35,008 nt of DNA from Octopus bimaculoides (Eukaryota). Numbering within the stretch: the first letter of the stretch is position 1; every line of letters begins with the position of its first letter. The notes below the pieces were generated by a model. It saw only the letters and a program-made list of their open reading frames with translations, made no database searches and was not told where the DNA came from. The translations under genes were made by a program, and so were the position numbers. The stretch lies in contig NC_068983.1 in the NCBI RefSeq assembly GCF_001194135.2, forward strand, positions 78,171,926-78,206,933. Direction: 5' to 3'. Positions 34,675 to 35,008 of this stretch are shown here, in pieces.

Positions 34675-35008
34675 AAGGTTTATTTAGCCAGAGGGGAAGC
34701 AGATAAGGAAAGATTTGCCAATGTTCTGCGCCGTGAGGACCAAAGACTCGAGGTATTTCGTGTTGCAAGACAGTGTAGGAGAGAGAATAGTGATGTTGTA
34801 GGAGAGAAATGTGTTCGCATGGATGATGGTACGCTTGCATTAAATGAGGATGCAAAGAAAGAGGTCTGGAGATGCCACTACGATAGATTGCTTAATAAAG
34901 AGAATGAATGGGAGAAAGAGAGCCTGCCTTATGTCGACCCAATAGAGGGACCAGCTATCCGAGTTGATAGTACCAGGGTAGATAAAGCAATTAAGAGTAT
35001 GAAGACTG
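34675..35008 (+). mobile_element. RTE-clade LINE ORF2 fragment (EN-RT linker), open frame running off the window
   Basis: Uninterrupted 111 codons: KVYLARGEADKERFANVLRREDQRLEVFRVARQCRRENSDVVGEKCVRMDDGTLALNEDAKKEVWRCHYDRLLNKENEW..VDKAIKSMKT. Confidence 0.88.

Noticed and set aside
1-35008. CRISPR array, rRNA, or prokaryotic/viral operon-like system
   Set aside because: No regularly spaced repeat-spacer array, rRNA-like sequence or dense intact ORFs; the sequence is repeat-rich eukaryotic DNA.

Overview
AT-rich eukaryotic genomic DNA with one N-gap (676-871). The repeat content (tRNA-derived SINEs, RTE tails ending in (GAT)n, dense CA/TA/TATG/CAT microsatellites) is most consistent with an octopus (coleoid cephalopod) genome; this assignment is recognition-based inference. 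No host protein-coding gene is confidently identifiable. Recognisable content is mostly transposon-derived: a near full-length decayed Penelope-like retroelement (RT plus GIY-YIG, 30.7-33.6 kb), a complete 1.6-kb Tc1-like DNA transposon with ~205-bp TIRs and DD37E (TRT-like) spacing (22611-24204), two mariner remnants, L1/Tx1 fragments, an R4/Dong-like RLE-LINE fragment, several RTE-LINE copies (one with an open ORF running off the window end), and many SINE copies, several with clear TSDs. The most notable signals are an intact minimal hammerhead ribozyme (62-107), a second degenerate one at the 3' end of the Penelope element, the DD37E IR/DR transposon, closely related inverted RTE tails, and weak hints of a minus-strand host gene. 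I do not see evidence of a wholly new multi-gene system. All comparisons were made by eye and family names come from recognition, not database searches.
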